A stretch of 63,093 nucleotides of DNA, filler included. It is 9 parts of 9 records of this genome, joined end to end, with 100 filler letters (N's around TTAATTAATTAA, not from the genome) between each part and the next. Parts side by side here need not be neighbours in the genome. Positions count along the whole stretch, not along the records: positions 49,088 to 56,141 come from SRR31147125_62472; positions 56,242 to 63,093 come from SRR31147125_62527; 7 more parts are not named here. One strand, 5' to 3'. The notes under the pieces were generated by a model. It worked only from the letters and a program-made list of their open reading frames with translations, was not told the DNA's origin and searched no databases. The first letter of the stretch is position 1, and every line of letters starts with the position of its first letter. Below are positions 52,732 to 63,093 of the stretch, piece by piece. Both the position numbers and the translations under genes were made by a program.

Positions 52732-54316
52732 TCAACTGATAGTTGGTATGCGAATAGATAACTCAAACGACACTCAAACAAATGAAGCCACCGAGATGAT
52801 GCCGAATCAAAACACACTCAAATATCTACTCCCTGGTTTGATGATCGCCGCCTTCCTGCTGGGTTTTATCCCTTTGCTGCAGAAAATGATGATTCGCTGG
52901 AACAGCGGCGACAACAGTTACTGCTACCTGGTCTTGCCCTTGTTTTTCTACCTGTGCTGGGAAAAGAGGAGTGAGTTCCATTTCGGGCAGTTCTCCTGGA
53001 ACTTGTGGGGCTTGGTGCCGATGATGCTTTCAATCTTAGTGATGATTGCCGGTGAACTGGGATCCATGGAGACCCTGCTGTACATCGGCATCTGGGGCTG
53101 TGTGGTTGGTATCATGTTCATTTTATACGGGCTGCGGCTGCGGCAACTGTTGTTTCCATTGCTGATTCTGGCTTTTATCGTGCCCATGCCTCCCTTCGTT
53201 AACCGCATGCTGACTTTTAATCTCAAGCTTGCGGCCAGTAGCCTGTCGGTGTTGCTGATGCAGCTGGCCGGGATGTCGGTGTTGCGAGACGGGAATATCA
53301 TCGATCTGGGCATCACCCAACTGCAGGTGGTGGACGCTTGCAGCGGGTTACGTTATTTCGTGCCGCTAATTCTGATGGGGTTGCTGTTCGGCTATTTTTA
53401 CTGCAAGAGGCTTTGGCAGAAAGTTGTACTGCTGGTTGTCGTGCCGCCGCTTTCAATCATTGTCAATGCATTTCGCATTCTTGCTACCGGCATGCTGCAT
53501 GTGTGGGGCCATCCCGAACTGGCCGAGGACTTTTTTCATGATTTTTCCGGCTGGTTGGTATTTATGGTGGCCGGCGCTATCTTGTTCGGCGTGTCGATGG
53601 TGATCAAACGCTTTGCGCCGGCCGGTCGGTCGGCGCCGGCGATTGATAAGGGCGGTCGGACGGTGCGCCCGCTGATGCCTGTTGTGGTGACCGTGGCGCT
53701 GTGCCTCGTATTCGCAGGGTCCGGTTGGGCCCTGCAGAAATTGCCCTCCGCTGCCAACTTACCCGTTCGTAAGTCTTTCGACGCCTTTCCCATGGCCATT
53801 GGAGGGTGGCATGCCAAGCGCCACTATTTATCCCAGGAGATCATGAACAGCTTGTGGGCCGACGATTACATCAACGCGACTTACACACATGCAAGTCTAC
53901 CCAATACGATGCAGGTGTTGATTCCCTTTTACGAATACCAGGGAACGCGCCACACCGCCCATGCCCCCCAGTCATGCATGCTGGGCGGTGGTTGGGCCAT
54001 GCAGGCGTCAGGAGAACGCAATTTGAAGGGCGCCTCGGGTGAGGTGTTTCCGTTGCGGACCACCATTTGGCAGAAGGGCAATACGCGGTTGTTGGGCAGC
54101 TACTTCTTCTTTCAGAGGGGAAGGGTGATTACCAGCCCCTGGATGAACAAGTACTGGCTCATGGTGGATGCGTTCACCAAACAGCGCACCGACGGCGCCT
54201 TGGTCAGGATCGAGATGATCCTGACGCCGGGGCAGTCCATTGAAGAGGCATACGGGATTCTGGAGAAATTTGTTCGCCAGGTCTATGCTGTTTTGCCGGA
54301 ATATGTGCCGGTGTAA
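52724..54316 (+). CDS. Exosortase (XrtD-like) fused to an EpsI domain
   Basis: Multi-TM; catalytic Cys VVDACSGLR, Arg N.FRI, His FFHDFSGW; C-terminal EpsI H.PQSC..GGGW...R.DGALVR. Confidence 0.9.
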   Translation: MANQLIVGMRIDNSNDTQTNEATEMMPNQNTLKYLLPGLMIAAFLLGFIPLLQKMMIRWNSGDNSYCYLVLPLFFYLCWEKRSEFHFGQFSWNLWGLVPMMLSILVMIAGELGSMETLLYIGIWGCVVGIMFILYGLRLRQLLFPLLILAFIVPMPPFVNRMLTFNLKLAASSLSVLLMQLAGMSVLRDGNIIDLGITQLQVVDACSGLRYFVPLILMGLLFGYFYCKRLWQKVVLLVVVPPLSIIVNAFRILATGMLHVWGHPELAEDFFHDFSGWLVFMVAGAILFGVSMVIKRFAPAGRSAPAIDKGGRTVRPLMPVVVTVALCLVFAGSGWALQKLPSAANLPVRKSFDAFPMAIGGWHAKRHYLSQEIMNSLWADDYINATYTHASLPNTMQVLIPFYEYQGTRHTAHAPQSCMLGGGWAMQASGERNLKGASGEVFPLRTTIWQKGNTRLLGSYFFFQRGRVITSPWMNKYWLMVDAFTKQRTDGALVRIEMILTPGQSIEEAYGILEKFVRQVYAVLPEYVPV

Positions 54317-54358
54317 ATTCTACATTAGTTTGTCAACCTAACGGATTTTTTATAAACC

Positions 54359-55761
54359 ATGCTCCAACAACAAGTCGTTATTCTGAATAATATTCTGCTG
54401 GTACTGGACGCGATCTGCATGATCGCAGCGGGATTTATTGCGTACTACTGGAGCTACGTATCGTCAGGGGGGTGATCCCTCTCGAGACCAATACATTTTA
54501 TTTGGCATTGCTCAGCATGATGTTCATCAACAGCTACATGGCGGGTCAGTTTGGTCTTTACAGTGACGTTCGGCACAGAAGCTACTTTGCTATCGTTTGG
54601 GCGGTGACCAAAGCCATTGTTCTGGATTTCATTTTCCTGGGGGCCGGGTTCTATTTTTACGAACAGCTCGATTTCTCCCGTCGATTTGCTGTTTATTACG
54701 CGATTCTATCGTTTTGTTTCATTCTGGGTATCCGGTTCTGCGCTCAGATATATCTCGATTTTCTCTCCCCAAAAGGATTCAACGTGAACCGAATCCTGAT
54801 TGTGGGGGATCGGACGAGAGGCGGCTATGTTAGAAAGATACTCGAAGCACAGCTAAGTTGGGGGCATGAGATCGCTGGTAGGGTCGGTACCGGTGCGGAG
54901 AGTGATTCAGAATACGGGGAGTTGGGTGTTCTTGATGACTTGCCACAGATATTGAAAACGCACTCCATTGACGAAGTGGTGTTTGCTGTCCCGGGTGACC
55001 GCTCGGTGAGGTTGGAATCGCATTTGTCATACTGCCATAAAATCGGTATGCCGGTTCGCATTCTTCCAGGTTTGTGGCATGGCAAGGATTGCCTACTCTC
55101 TATAGAGACATGCCAGGGGGTGCCTTTTTTAACCATGCGAACCAGCAACTTCAATGCCGCGGGTTTGCTGTATAAACGCCTCTTGGATATCGCCGGCGGA
55201 CTGGTCGGGGTTCTCCTTTTTCTTCTTATGTATCCCTTCGTAGCATTGGCGATCAAGTTGGATTCACCCGGGCCAGTGCTCTTCAAGCAAAAGCGCATGG
55301 GACAGCACGGCAGGGTTTTCGATTTGTTCAAATTTCGTACCATGTTCGTGGATGCGGAAGCACGCAAGGCTGAACTGATGCAAAGCAATGAGATGGGTGG
55401 CATCATGTTCAAGATGGCCAATGATCCAAGGATTACCCGGGTGGGGCGGATTTTACGAAAAACGTCACTTGACGAGTTCCCCCAGTTCATCAATGTGCTC
55501 AAAGGAGAAATGAGCCTGGTGGGCACCCGGCCACCCACTTTAGACGAGGTGGCCAAGTACCGGCCCGAGCACCTCAAGCGTATATCCGCCAAGCCGGGAA
55601 TCACCGGCATGTGGCAGATATCAGGGCGCAACAAGATTACGGATTTCGATCAGATCGTAGAATTGGATTGCAAGTACTTGGATCAGTGGCGGTTTTACGA
55701 TGATCTCAGGATTTTATTCAAAACGGTTTTTATCGTTTTACAGCGTAAGGGTGCAATATAA
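54359..55761 (+). pseudogene. Polyprenyl glycosylphosphotransferase (WcaJ/CpsE-like) with a frameshift in a G6 run at 54467-54472
   Basis: ATG 54359 frame gives MLQQQVVIL...LD, then a stop after GGGGGG; one extra G joins it to ORF 54472 (KRLLDI, FKFRTM, DPRIT.VG..LRK.SLDE.PQ, GEMSLVG.RP, KPGITG.WQ). Confidence 0.85.
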
Positions 55762-55794
55762 GAAGAAAGAGGCCAGTATAAGGGGAGAAAGATA

Positions 55795-56141
55795 ATGAGA
55801 ACAAAATGGATTTTTGCAGCAGGAATTTTGTTGTGTATATTTTTAGCGGTTTCATGCAGCAGCCAGGAAGAGAAGAAAGCAAAATTCTACAACAAGGGGA
55901 AGGCACTGTTTGAGCAGGGCGATTTGGTTCGGGCGCGTCTGGAATTGAAGAATGCGTTGCAGATCGATCCCAAGTATGCGGTAGCCTACTATATGCTGGG
56001 AAAAGTTGAGCTCGAAGATAAGAATCCAAAGCAAGCGTTTGCCTTTTTTAGTAAATCGGTGGAATTGGATGAGACGCTCTTGGACGCCCAAGTTGCATTA
56101 GGCAATCTATACCTGATGGCTCGCCAGGTGGAGAAGGCGCG
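55795..56141 (+). CDS. TPR lipoprotein (PrsT-like, exosortase-system associated), 3' truncated
   Basis: AVSC lipobox; A..ELKNALQ.DP...A.Y.LG TPR pattern. Confidence 0.8.
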
Positions 56142-56241
56142 NNNNNNNNNNNNNNNNNNNNNNNNNNNNNNNNNNNNNNNNNNNNTTAATTAATTAANNN
56201 NNNNNNNNNNNNNNNNNNNNNNNNNNNNNNNNNNNNNNNNN
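56142..56241. other. Artificial contig spacer
   Basis: N44-TTAATTAATTAA-N44. Confidence 0.99.
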
Positions 56242-56263
56242 TGTGTGTGTGTGTGTGTGTGTG
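56242..56263. repeat. (TG)n microsatellite at contig start
   Basis: About 11 TG units; a (CA)n tract also lies at ~59624-59642. Confidence 0.9.
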
Positions 56264-56293
56264 TTGCTGAGTTATTTAACGAATCCATCACAG

Positions 56294-59200
56294 CCCCTCT
56301 CACAAAACCAAAAGAGTGTCGTCGAAGTGGTTTTTGAGTTGTTTGAGAAGGATATCTTCGCATATGAGCCAGCAAAGGATTCCGTACTCATGCTTTCACG
56401 AACAAAGCCACCTCGAAAATTGGTTTGTTCGGCTTGATATGGATCATTGGATATCAACTCTCCCTTTCTTCTTCTTCTTCAGGATGTGTTTGCCCTTTTT
56501 TCAAGCACTGACGAGCAGGATGTGTGTATTCGCAATGTGCATTTGGCGACATTAGACACCTTCGTGGCCGTGTGCCGAAATCGTTGTGCCCAAGGCCATG
56601 CATTAGTCCGACCTCTTTTTCCACTCTACCTCTTGTCCTTTTTGTGGAATCAGATGACCCTGCCGATTGCCTTTCGCGTACGTTGACATTCCCTTCGTTC
56701 TATTTGGAGGAAAACTGTGGTGGGACAGATTCGCATTCTTTCCCTTGTGGAGAATGTGTACATTAGGTCTCCTCGCTTCCAGACATTCCGTGTGAACTAC
56801 ATTCGTGCGTATCGGGATGTAAGCAGTTCCATGGTGTGTATGGATACGTATCATATTTCGAAAAACGTCTCACACATTGTACCAGGAGTCTCACGGAGGG
56901 ACGGAAAATGAGGGATTGGCCTCTGAAGTTGATGATCTCAAGGTGGGACGTCTGTTTGTGCGTACAGACAGTCCACACTCCCACACTTCAATGTAGCACA
57001 TGGTTAGTCAATTCTCATTGTACCTCGACACTATTGTGACGGATACGGTGGAGACCAAGAAGGCACCGAGGGTCTGTATCGTTGTGCTTCTGTGCTTTCC
57101 TCACTTTGTACACACAGGAAGGAGATCTATCACTCATGCTAGCCGTTATGAAGTGCTTGCATGCACTCTCCGAGGTTGGGCTCCTTGTACGCCTCTACGA
57201 CAAAGGCAATATGTCCCTTGTTGCAAGTTTCAAACGAATGCTTGAGTTTCGTTTGACAAGGGTGGAGGGTACCAGTAGCATGGCGGATACAACCTCCACA
57301 GAGCAGGAACTCGTATCCCAAATCCAGATTGTGATCTGTAAGGTATGGGGATCATTATCCCCCACCCCACCTCACCCCCACACGCATCTCGTATAGTTGC
57401 TTCTCTCGTTGGGAACCGTGTCCGCTTCGCACAGGCTCGAAAGGCTGTGGAATCTATTTCAACAGCAGGAACACACACCAAGTGCGTACGAGAGCATCGA
57501 ATGTGTTCGTGCTACCACCACCCATATCTTTGCACAACAGAAGAGGAAGACGTACTTCGCCTTACCGAGGAATCGCAATATCTATCAAATCTCTTGGGAC
57601 ACAATGATGGTGTGCTCCGTACCGTTTCCGTTTTGATCTCCTAACTCGTGTAGACAACCTGATCGCATTAATTGGGGCCCCGGATTTCACCGTGAACAAC
57701 AGTGCCCTGAGGCTACTTGTGGAGCGACACGGCTTGTGGAAGGGCGTTCTAAGGGATTTGGAATCTGTCTACATTCTTGCGAATGAAGACGGGGTGGCAG
57801 CCTATCTGTGGGTGTTGTGGCGAACCTGCGTGTCGTTGTGGGGTGTGTATGTGACACGTGCATCCTTACCAGGGATTGTGTGGCTCTATTGAAGGAACTA
57901 GGCGGGAGCTTTGGCCAGGGAGTCACATCCCAGAAACACGGGAACGTCGTCTCGGCTATCTTGCAGCGAATCATGTCTCTCATGGTCGATGATGCCATGT
58001 GCGATTGTGTCAAACCTTGGTTCTTCGGGTTATCTTAATACACAGATACAGGGAGCCGATTCCTGTGTACCAAGCCATCTTGGGGCATCTAAACCTGACC
58101 TGCTACATTTTTCAGATACTCTCTCTCTCCTATCAGGCATCCCTCAAGAACCTCTTCACGTTTTCCTACAAGTTGCTTTACCTCTTTGCGAAGGTACGCT
58201 CTCGAGGCACACCCTTCCACCTTTGATGTCTCTGTTTGTCTCCAGAACAATCCAGATGCAACGAAGGCCTTCTATCCGCATGTTCGTTTGATGCTTTCTC
58301 ATATGGGGCACGAACTCGGCATTTCCACTCTTATGAGGGAGCTTCTTTCGAATCAGGACTTTGTTATTGCTCTGTCGGAGGTACTTCGATTGAGTTTCTT
58401 CATCTATTGCGTTGATGTGTTTGTTGCGCAGGAGGACCTTCATTTTGTGATTCGTTTGATTCCACAATTCGGCCGAAAACCAAGGTTCCTCCTCCCTGTG
58501 TAATCTACTTTCCTTGACACGACCTTTTGTTACCAGATATGTCCGGTTGTTGTCTCAATTATGCGGCGGAGGACAGTTTGTCAACAAAAGGAATCAGGTT
58601 GTGTGTGTGGGATGTGGAGGATGGAGGCGGCTGACATCTATTGACCCCCCTCTATAGACGATGATCATTCAGAAGATACAGGAGCAACGCAGCGCCTTTC
58701 TTCATCCCTTCCTCTTGGAAGGGGATCGAAGTAGTTGGGATGATCTGTTGAGGTGAAGCCCCGAAACATTTGAAAAGCTTTCTCTGACACTCCCGTGTCG
58801 TCCCCAGTCACGCGCAGGTGGAGAACCGGGAAAGTGATCTCCACTACGTGATTTCCCTTATTACCTTGCTGGGTGATGTCTGTAAGGGACAGAATACGGA
58901 GGCACAGATGATTGTTCATGCGTGGCTTGGTCTTGAGAGTGCGTTGTGGGAGTGGTTGTACCATTTTAATGATGGACAAGGTATTGCCGCCAATCTCGTG
59001 GACCCTACGCTTCCGTTTCTGGTACGATCTCCCTATTGGCATTATGTCCATTCTGCATATCTTCTTGCCGATGTTACACTCCTCTCCCCCCAAAAGTGCG
59101 TCCTCTCTTGTGTACCATGGGCTCACCACGTATTGATGGTGGTAGTATTGATCATCTGGGATTCATTCTCTTCTGCACGAGTACGGAACTGAAGCGTTTG

Positions 59201-62200
59201 CTCAGCACTTGTGATCTTGATGGACAAGAACTCCCCGATGCCTCGGTTGAAATTGAGCTCGTGGCGTGGCGAGTGCGTTGCAGAAAAGAGGAGTGGGTGC
59301 TTGACGATGACGTGCCATGCCATGCCAGGACGAGATTCTCCCCTTCCTGATGACCTTCTTTTCAAGTACACTCCTTCTTCCCGCACTCATCAAGGAGAGC
59401 ACTGTGATGTCTTCAAATATGGTCGACGAGCAGCTTGGTGGTGGGTTGGGGTACTCGGAGATCTCTTGGGGGGTGACAGACACTGTCTCCCCAGAAGGTG
59501 GTCCAGCGGCTGTGAACCAGAAGGACCGCCTCATCGAGTGTGCTGAGTGTCTTGTGCGAGATTTGTTAACGTTGGGGCATTTTCTTCAGGGAGGGTCTCT
59601 GGTACGTCGGACAGCTACGCACGCACACACACACACACACACGGGCTCACATTTCTCAAAAAAGACGAATCTTGGATTATCTCGTCCCATCAACCAGTGT
59701 ATCCATGCTCTTCTGCAAAACAATTGTGTTTCTGTACGGCTGTTTGTGTTGAAGGAGGCTGACAACAGTTGACATTTGGAACATAGGTACAAAACGTTGA
59801 GCTGCGGCACGATGCCAACCTCTTTCTTCACACACAACGTGATTCCATTAATCCTGTTTGTACTGGCCGCTCGGTTGGCTTGTGTAATGCATTTCCCTCT
59901 TTCGTGACAGGATCATGAGACAACAAGAAGGACAACAGGACAGGAGAGATCTTTGCTTCATACGGTACCTCGTGATAGTAGATCGGATAGCGTTTCCACC
60001 AGTGATAGTGCCATTGAGTTTCATCCGAGGAATCCCCTCCTGAAAACCACGGTGTGTGTCTCATGCCATTCCTTTCTTGCCTTATCGAGTGGGTGTGTTC
60101 AGATCACGCGAAATCAAGAAGATATTGAACTGGGAACACTGCGTGCAAAGCAAGAGGACAATGACATTGAAACAAGGTAAGGAACAATTGAAATAGACGG
60201 TTGCTTATGGTGCAAGCAATCCAGGTGGATGTGGTTCAAATCAGAAGTACGACGCATTGCACAGGATCAGGACAATCGAGAAGGACAAGGACTCATTCGT
60301 GCCCTTCTCGACCTTGACAAACAAGGCCTTCAGAATGTATGAGGGGAAAGGACGTTTGTGCCGCTAACCATCTCTACAGATGATCGACCAGATAACACTA
60401 GCAGAGTACCATACTGTAGAAGACACCGAGTTTCTGCTGTTTCTCCTCCAGAGTATTCGTGATATTGTCTCCCGAGCGGAGGATCCCAAGTCCAGGCAGC
60501 AGGAGATCAACTCTCTGGTGAGCGTATTTGTTTCCTTGTGTAGCATTCTGAAAGATTCATGGACACAGGGAGGAACACGCAGAACGCTCGAGTTGCTACA
60601 CACCACAGATCCACTGCTCTTGATCTCTTGTTTCAAAACACTCTGCGTCCTTCTTCAGAATGGTGAATTGTCCGTTCAGCGCACCATTCTTCGAAGGTTT
60701 GACTGTAGTAACTCTCCCTTGTGCACCCTAACCACCACGCAGAGGAAGGGTGTTGTTTGTCAAGATGGATCGTATCTTGGCGGCACCTATTGAAAAGGGA
60801 AAGGACCAACAGACATCCACCACCAACGCACGTACGGATTGTTGGGAAGAGAGCGAGAAAAACGTTGTCTGATAGGGCGATACAAGATGAAAATGAGCTA
60901 TTTGAGATGACACTGCGGATTCTGAAGCTCCTTTGCCTCGGTCACAATGAGGAAGCACAACGGTTCCTTACAGGTCAAGATTCACCACTACACTACCGTG
61001 TACGGGAGTCTGATACATTGGATCTTTCTCCTAACCCGCCTGGATGTGGGGAAACGCCCATCAATATGGTTACACGAATTCTTCAGGTATTGGATGTTCT
61101 GATACCCTCAGGTGAGATAGTGGTTCCCTTTCCTATCCCCAAGAGGCTGCTCATACATCAGCACAGAGGAGGATTGGCTGAGCGGGCGCTGTTCCGTTGG
61201 GCAACTATTTCAACTACGTCTAGTGATTGATACTCTCACGAACGTACGCCTCGGAAATGTGTTGCTCTTGTAACGTGTTGCGTGCTAGTTTGTGCAAGGG
61301 CCCTGTGTTTCCAACCAGCGATGCATCCTTCAGTCGTCGGGCCTGGACAACTTGCTGCGCCTTCTATGTGCGTACACGTGTGTGTCGTCTGAAAGTGCCG
61401 GATGTTGAAATGGGATTCTCCATAGCGTTGCCACTGTGTTGGGAGCAAGGAATAAAATCCGGTGATCTGGTCGTCGAACATCACTTGGACGATGTCATTT
61501 ACGGAACCCGCGGGACCGAAGAACGAAAATTGCTTCGTCTTGTGGCGGTGGGCGGGCGAGTAGGTGGGTGGTAGTACATTCTGTTCATTCTCTCCCTCCA
61601 GACGCTGTTGCTGGCCCTCCTTGAAGGAAAAGAACACATGATCCACGTTGGAGTTATGAATCGAGCCCTTTTTCGACCTCAACTACACAAGAAGCTGGCA
61701 TCCTACGATATTCTCCTAACGTTGCTAGATAAGAAGATTCTCTTGGCCGCAAAGGTGGGTCGGAACAGGGACCGACGTACACGTCCTTAGAGTGCCTTGT
61801 ATTTAGGTGCGCTATCGAGAGATCCAGGCGGAAGCGATGCCTCTCTTCCTATTGTATCGCTATCTCTGTGAAGATGAAAGGCGTGTCGTTCGTCCCGTCA
61901 CAATTGAAGGTGCACAAGTGCACGGCCGTTCGCTTCCTAAGACTGCATTAGGCGTCTCTCCACGGCATTTCCACAACCATACGAGAAGTGTGGAGATTGT
62001 ACGAGACGGCAATGTTCGTACACTGAATGAAATGATGGGTGGGCCAACAAAGGGTCATGTCAGGTGGAGCGCGTTTTTTTCGCGCGAGCAATGCTGAGCC
62101 ATCACTTCACCCGAGATGATAAGAGGTGTGTACGGGTAGGTTGTCAGCCTTGACGCCGCATTGCACAGAGAGATTGAATGGTCTGTTACCCGTACTCCCG

Positions 62201-63093
62201 TGAGTGACAAGCTGGAGGATTTCCATGCCAAGTCTCAGGTGCGCCCATGATTCAACGAAACGCTGCCCCTCATCCCCCTCACGTATTGGTCACTCCATCA
62301 GAGTTTTTATCGAATCCTTCAGCACCGTGATCGCATTTCTTCTTCTCCGTGGAAGAATCGTCTTGCGGAACGTAGAAGGACACTCTGGGCAGTCAGCGCT
62401 TCGTTCGTGCATCGTCTCGGGGGGGTTTCCTCTCACTGAGGATCACAGACAAATTCTCACGGTTCTCATCAATATCCTCGTGGTTCTATCCACATCTGTG
62501 GGAAAAGACACAGAGGATCGCATCCTGACCGCAATTGGAGCTTTGGGTGCCATTCACTTTGTTTTTTCCGTCCTTCTCTTGGTATCGTTTACCATCTTCA
62601 AGTTTAGCGCCCTTAGTACGTTCGATTTTTTTTTCTCTTCGCCTTGTAGCCTTCTCCAACGACTTGGACAGTGGAAGAACGATATCAAGCCTTGTTGAAA
62701 GAACAAGACGAACGAGAAGCAGAACGCCAAGTGTTTCTCTTATCATTCCTAGCGCAACGGGCACATCGCTCCCGTGTGGCGCGTCTGTTTCTTCGATGTT
62801 ATTTCTTTGTCACACTGGAGGTTTTGTATCGGTATGTTGTGGGGGTTGTGGTTTCCTCTGACTCACACACATCCTTCTAGCCTCCTGTCCCCAGTATTCT
62901 CGTTGCTTGGTCTCGTAGCCTCGCGGTACTTTTTCGCTTTTCATCTTGTGGAGCTCGTCTCGCAGAGTGGCGAGCTCTTGAACGTCTTGCGCTCAGTAAC
63001 ACGAAATGGATGGTCTCTGTTACTTACCGCCTTCCTTGGTGGAATTGGGCTCTACTTCTTTGCCATCTTCGCATTTCTCTACTTCAAGGATGC
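56294..63093 (+). CDS. Multi-exon inositol-1,4,5-trisphosphate/ryanodine-receptor-family Ca2+ release channel (both ends truncated; exon boundaries only partly resolved)
   Basis: Exonic motifs FVAVCRNR, GRKPRFL, LHYVISLITLLGDVCKGQN (RIH-like), LRILKLLCLGHNEEAQRFL (RIH-associated) and TRSVEIVRDG. The last exon 62882-63093 reads FFAFHLVELV...LLNVLRSVTRNGWSLLLTA...YFFAIFAFLYFKD, matching the ITPR TM4-TM5 region. Short GT-AG introns, e.g. 60337-60379 and 60697-60742, with CTAAC branch points. Confidence 0.88.

Noticed and set aside
54825-55634. 269-aa antisense ORF (and similar shadows, e.g. 26739-27269, 33981-34421, 51811-52275)
   Set aside because: They lie opposite well-supported genes and have no motifs or RBS.
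56243-62880. Dozens of short ORFs on both strands as separate genes
   Set aside because: Plus-strand ones are exon/intron read-throughs of one ITPR-like gene; minus-strand ones are shadows.

Overview
The window is not one locus. It is nine unrelated contigs joined by eight artificial 100-nt spacers (N44-TTAATTAATTAA-N44). (1) 1-8385: AT-rich Gram-negative bacterium with a 5' fragment of carA missed by the ORF track, DUF2007, an OM beta-barrel, mscS, wrbA, an orphan with a clan-CD-like His/Cys domain, a lipoprotein M20 amidohydrolase and small membrane/secreted proteins. (2) 8486-14132: FCB-type housekeeping run porX(PglZ)-tsaE-tsaB-rimI-accD-surE-guaA. (3) 14233-23425: FCB-type (KSB1/Calditrichota-like) cassette of TonB receptor, non-SusD secreted protein, PorV/PorQ-like barrel, T9SS-type cargo and GH5, plus two redoxins. 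(4) 23526-29168: microbial eukaryote with an intronless LRR + Cys-rich + ~9-TM receptor-like gene directly downstream of an intron-rich RPT6/PSMC5 gene. (5) 29269-37003: spirochaete-like contig with DAGK, frameshifted plsC, Gfo/Idh/MocA, a motif-degenerate 5'-nucleotidase lipoprotein, frameshifted mutY-like gene, trpS and AI-2E. (6) 37104-43649: Bacteroidales pectin PUL (CE8, CE12, ECF sigma, FecR, SusC) with a candidate antisense sRNA. (7) 43750-48987: Gfo/Idh/MocA, GH3-PA14 and a Tat-exported sugar isomerase-like protein. (8) 49088-56141: deltaproteobacterial-type exosortase/EPS locus with four homopolymer frameshifts. (9) 56242-63093: microbial eukaryote, multi-exon IP3/ryanodine-receptor-type Ca2+ channel. 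No rRNA, tRNA, CRISPR array or intact transposase was seen. All taxonomic labels are inferred from gene content, and family calls come from motif recognition, not database searches.
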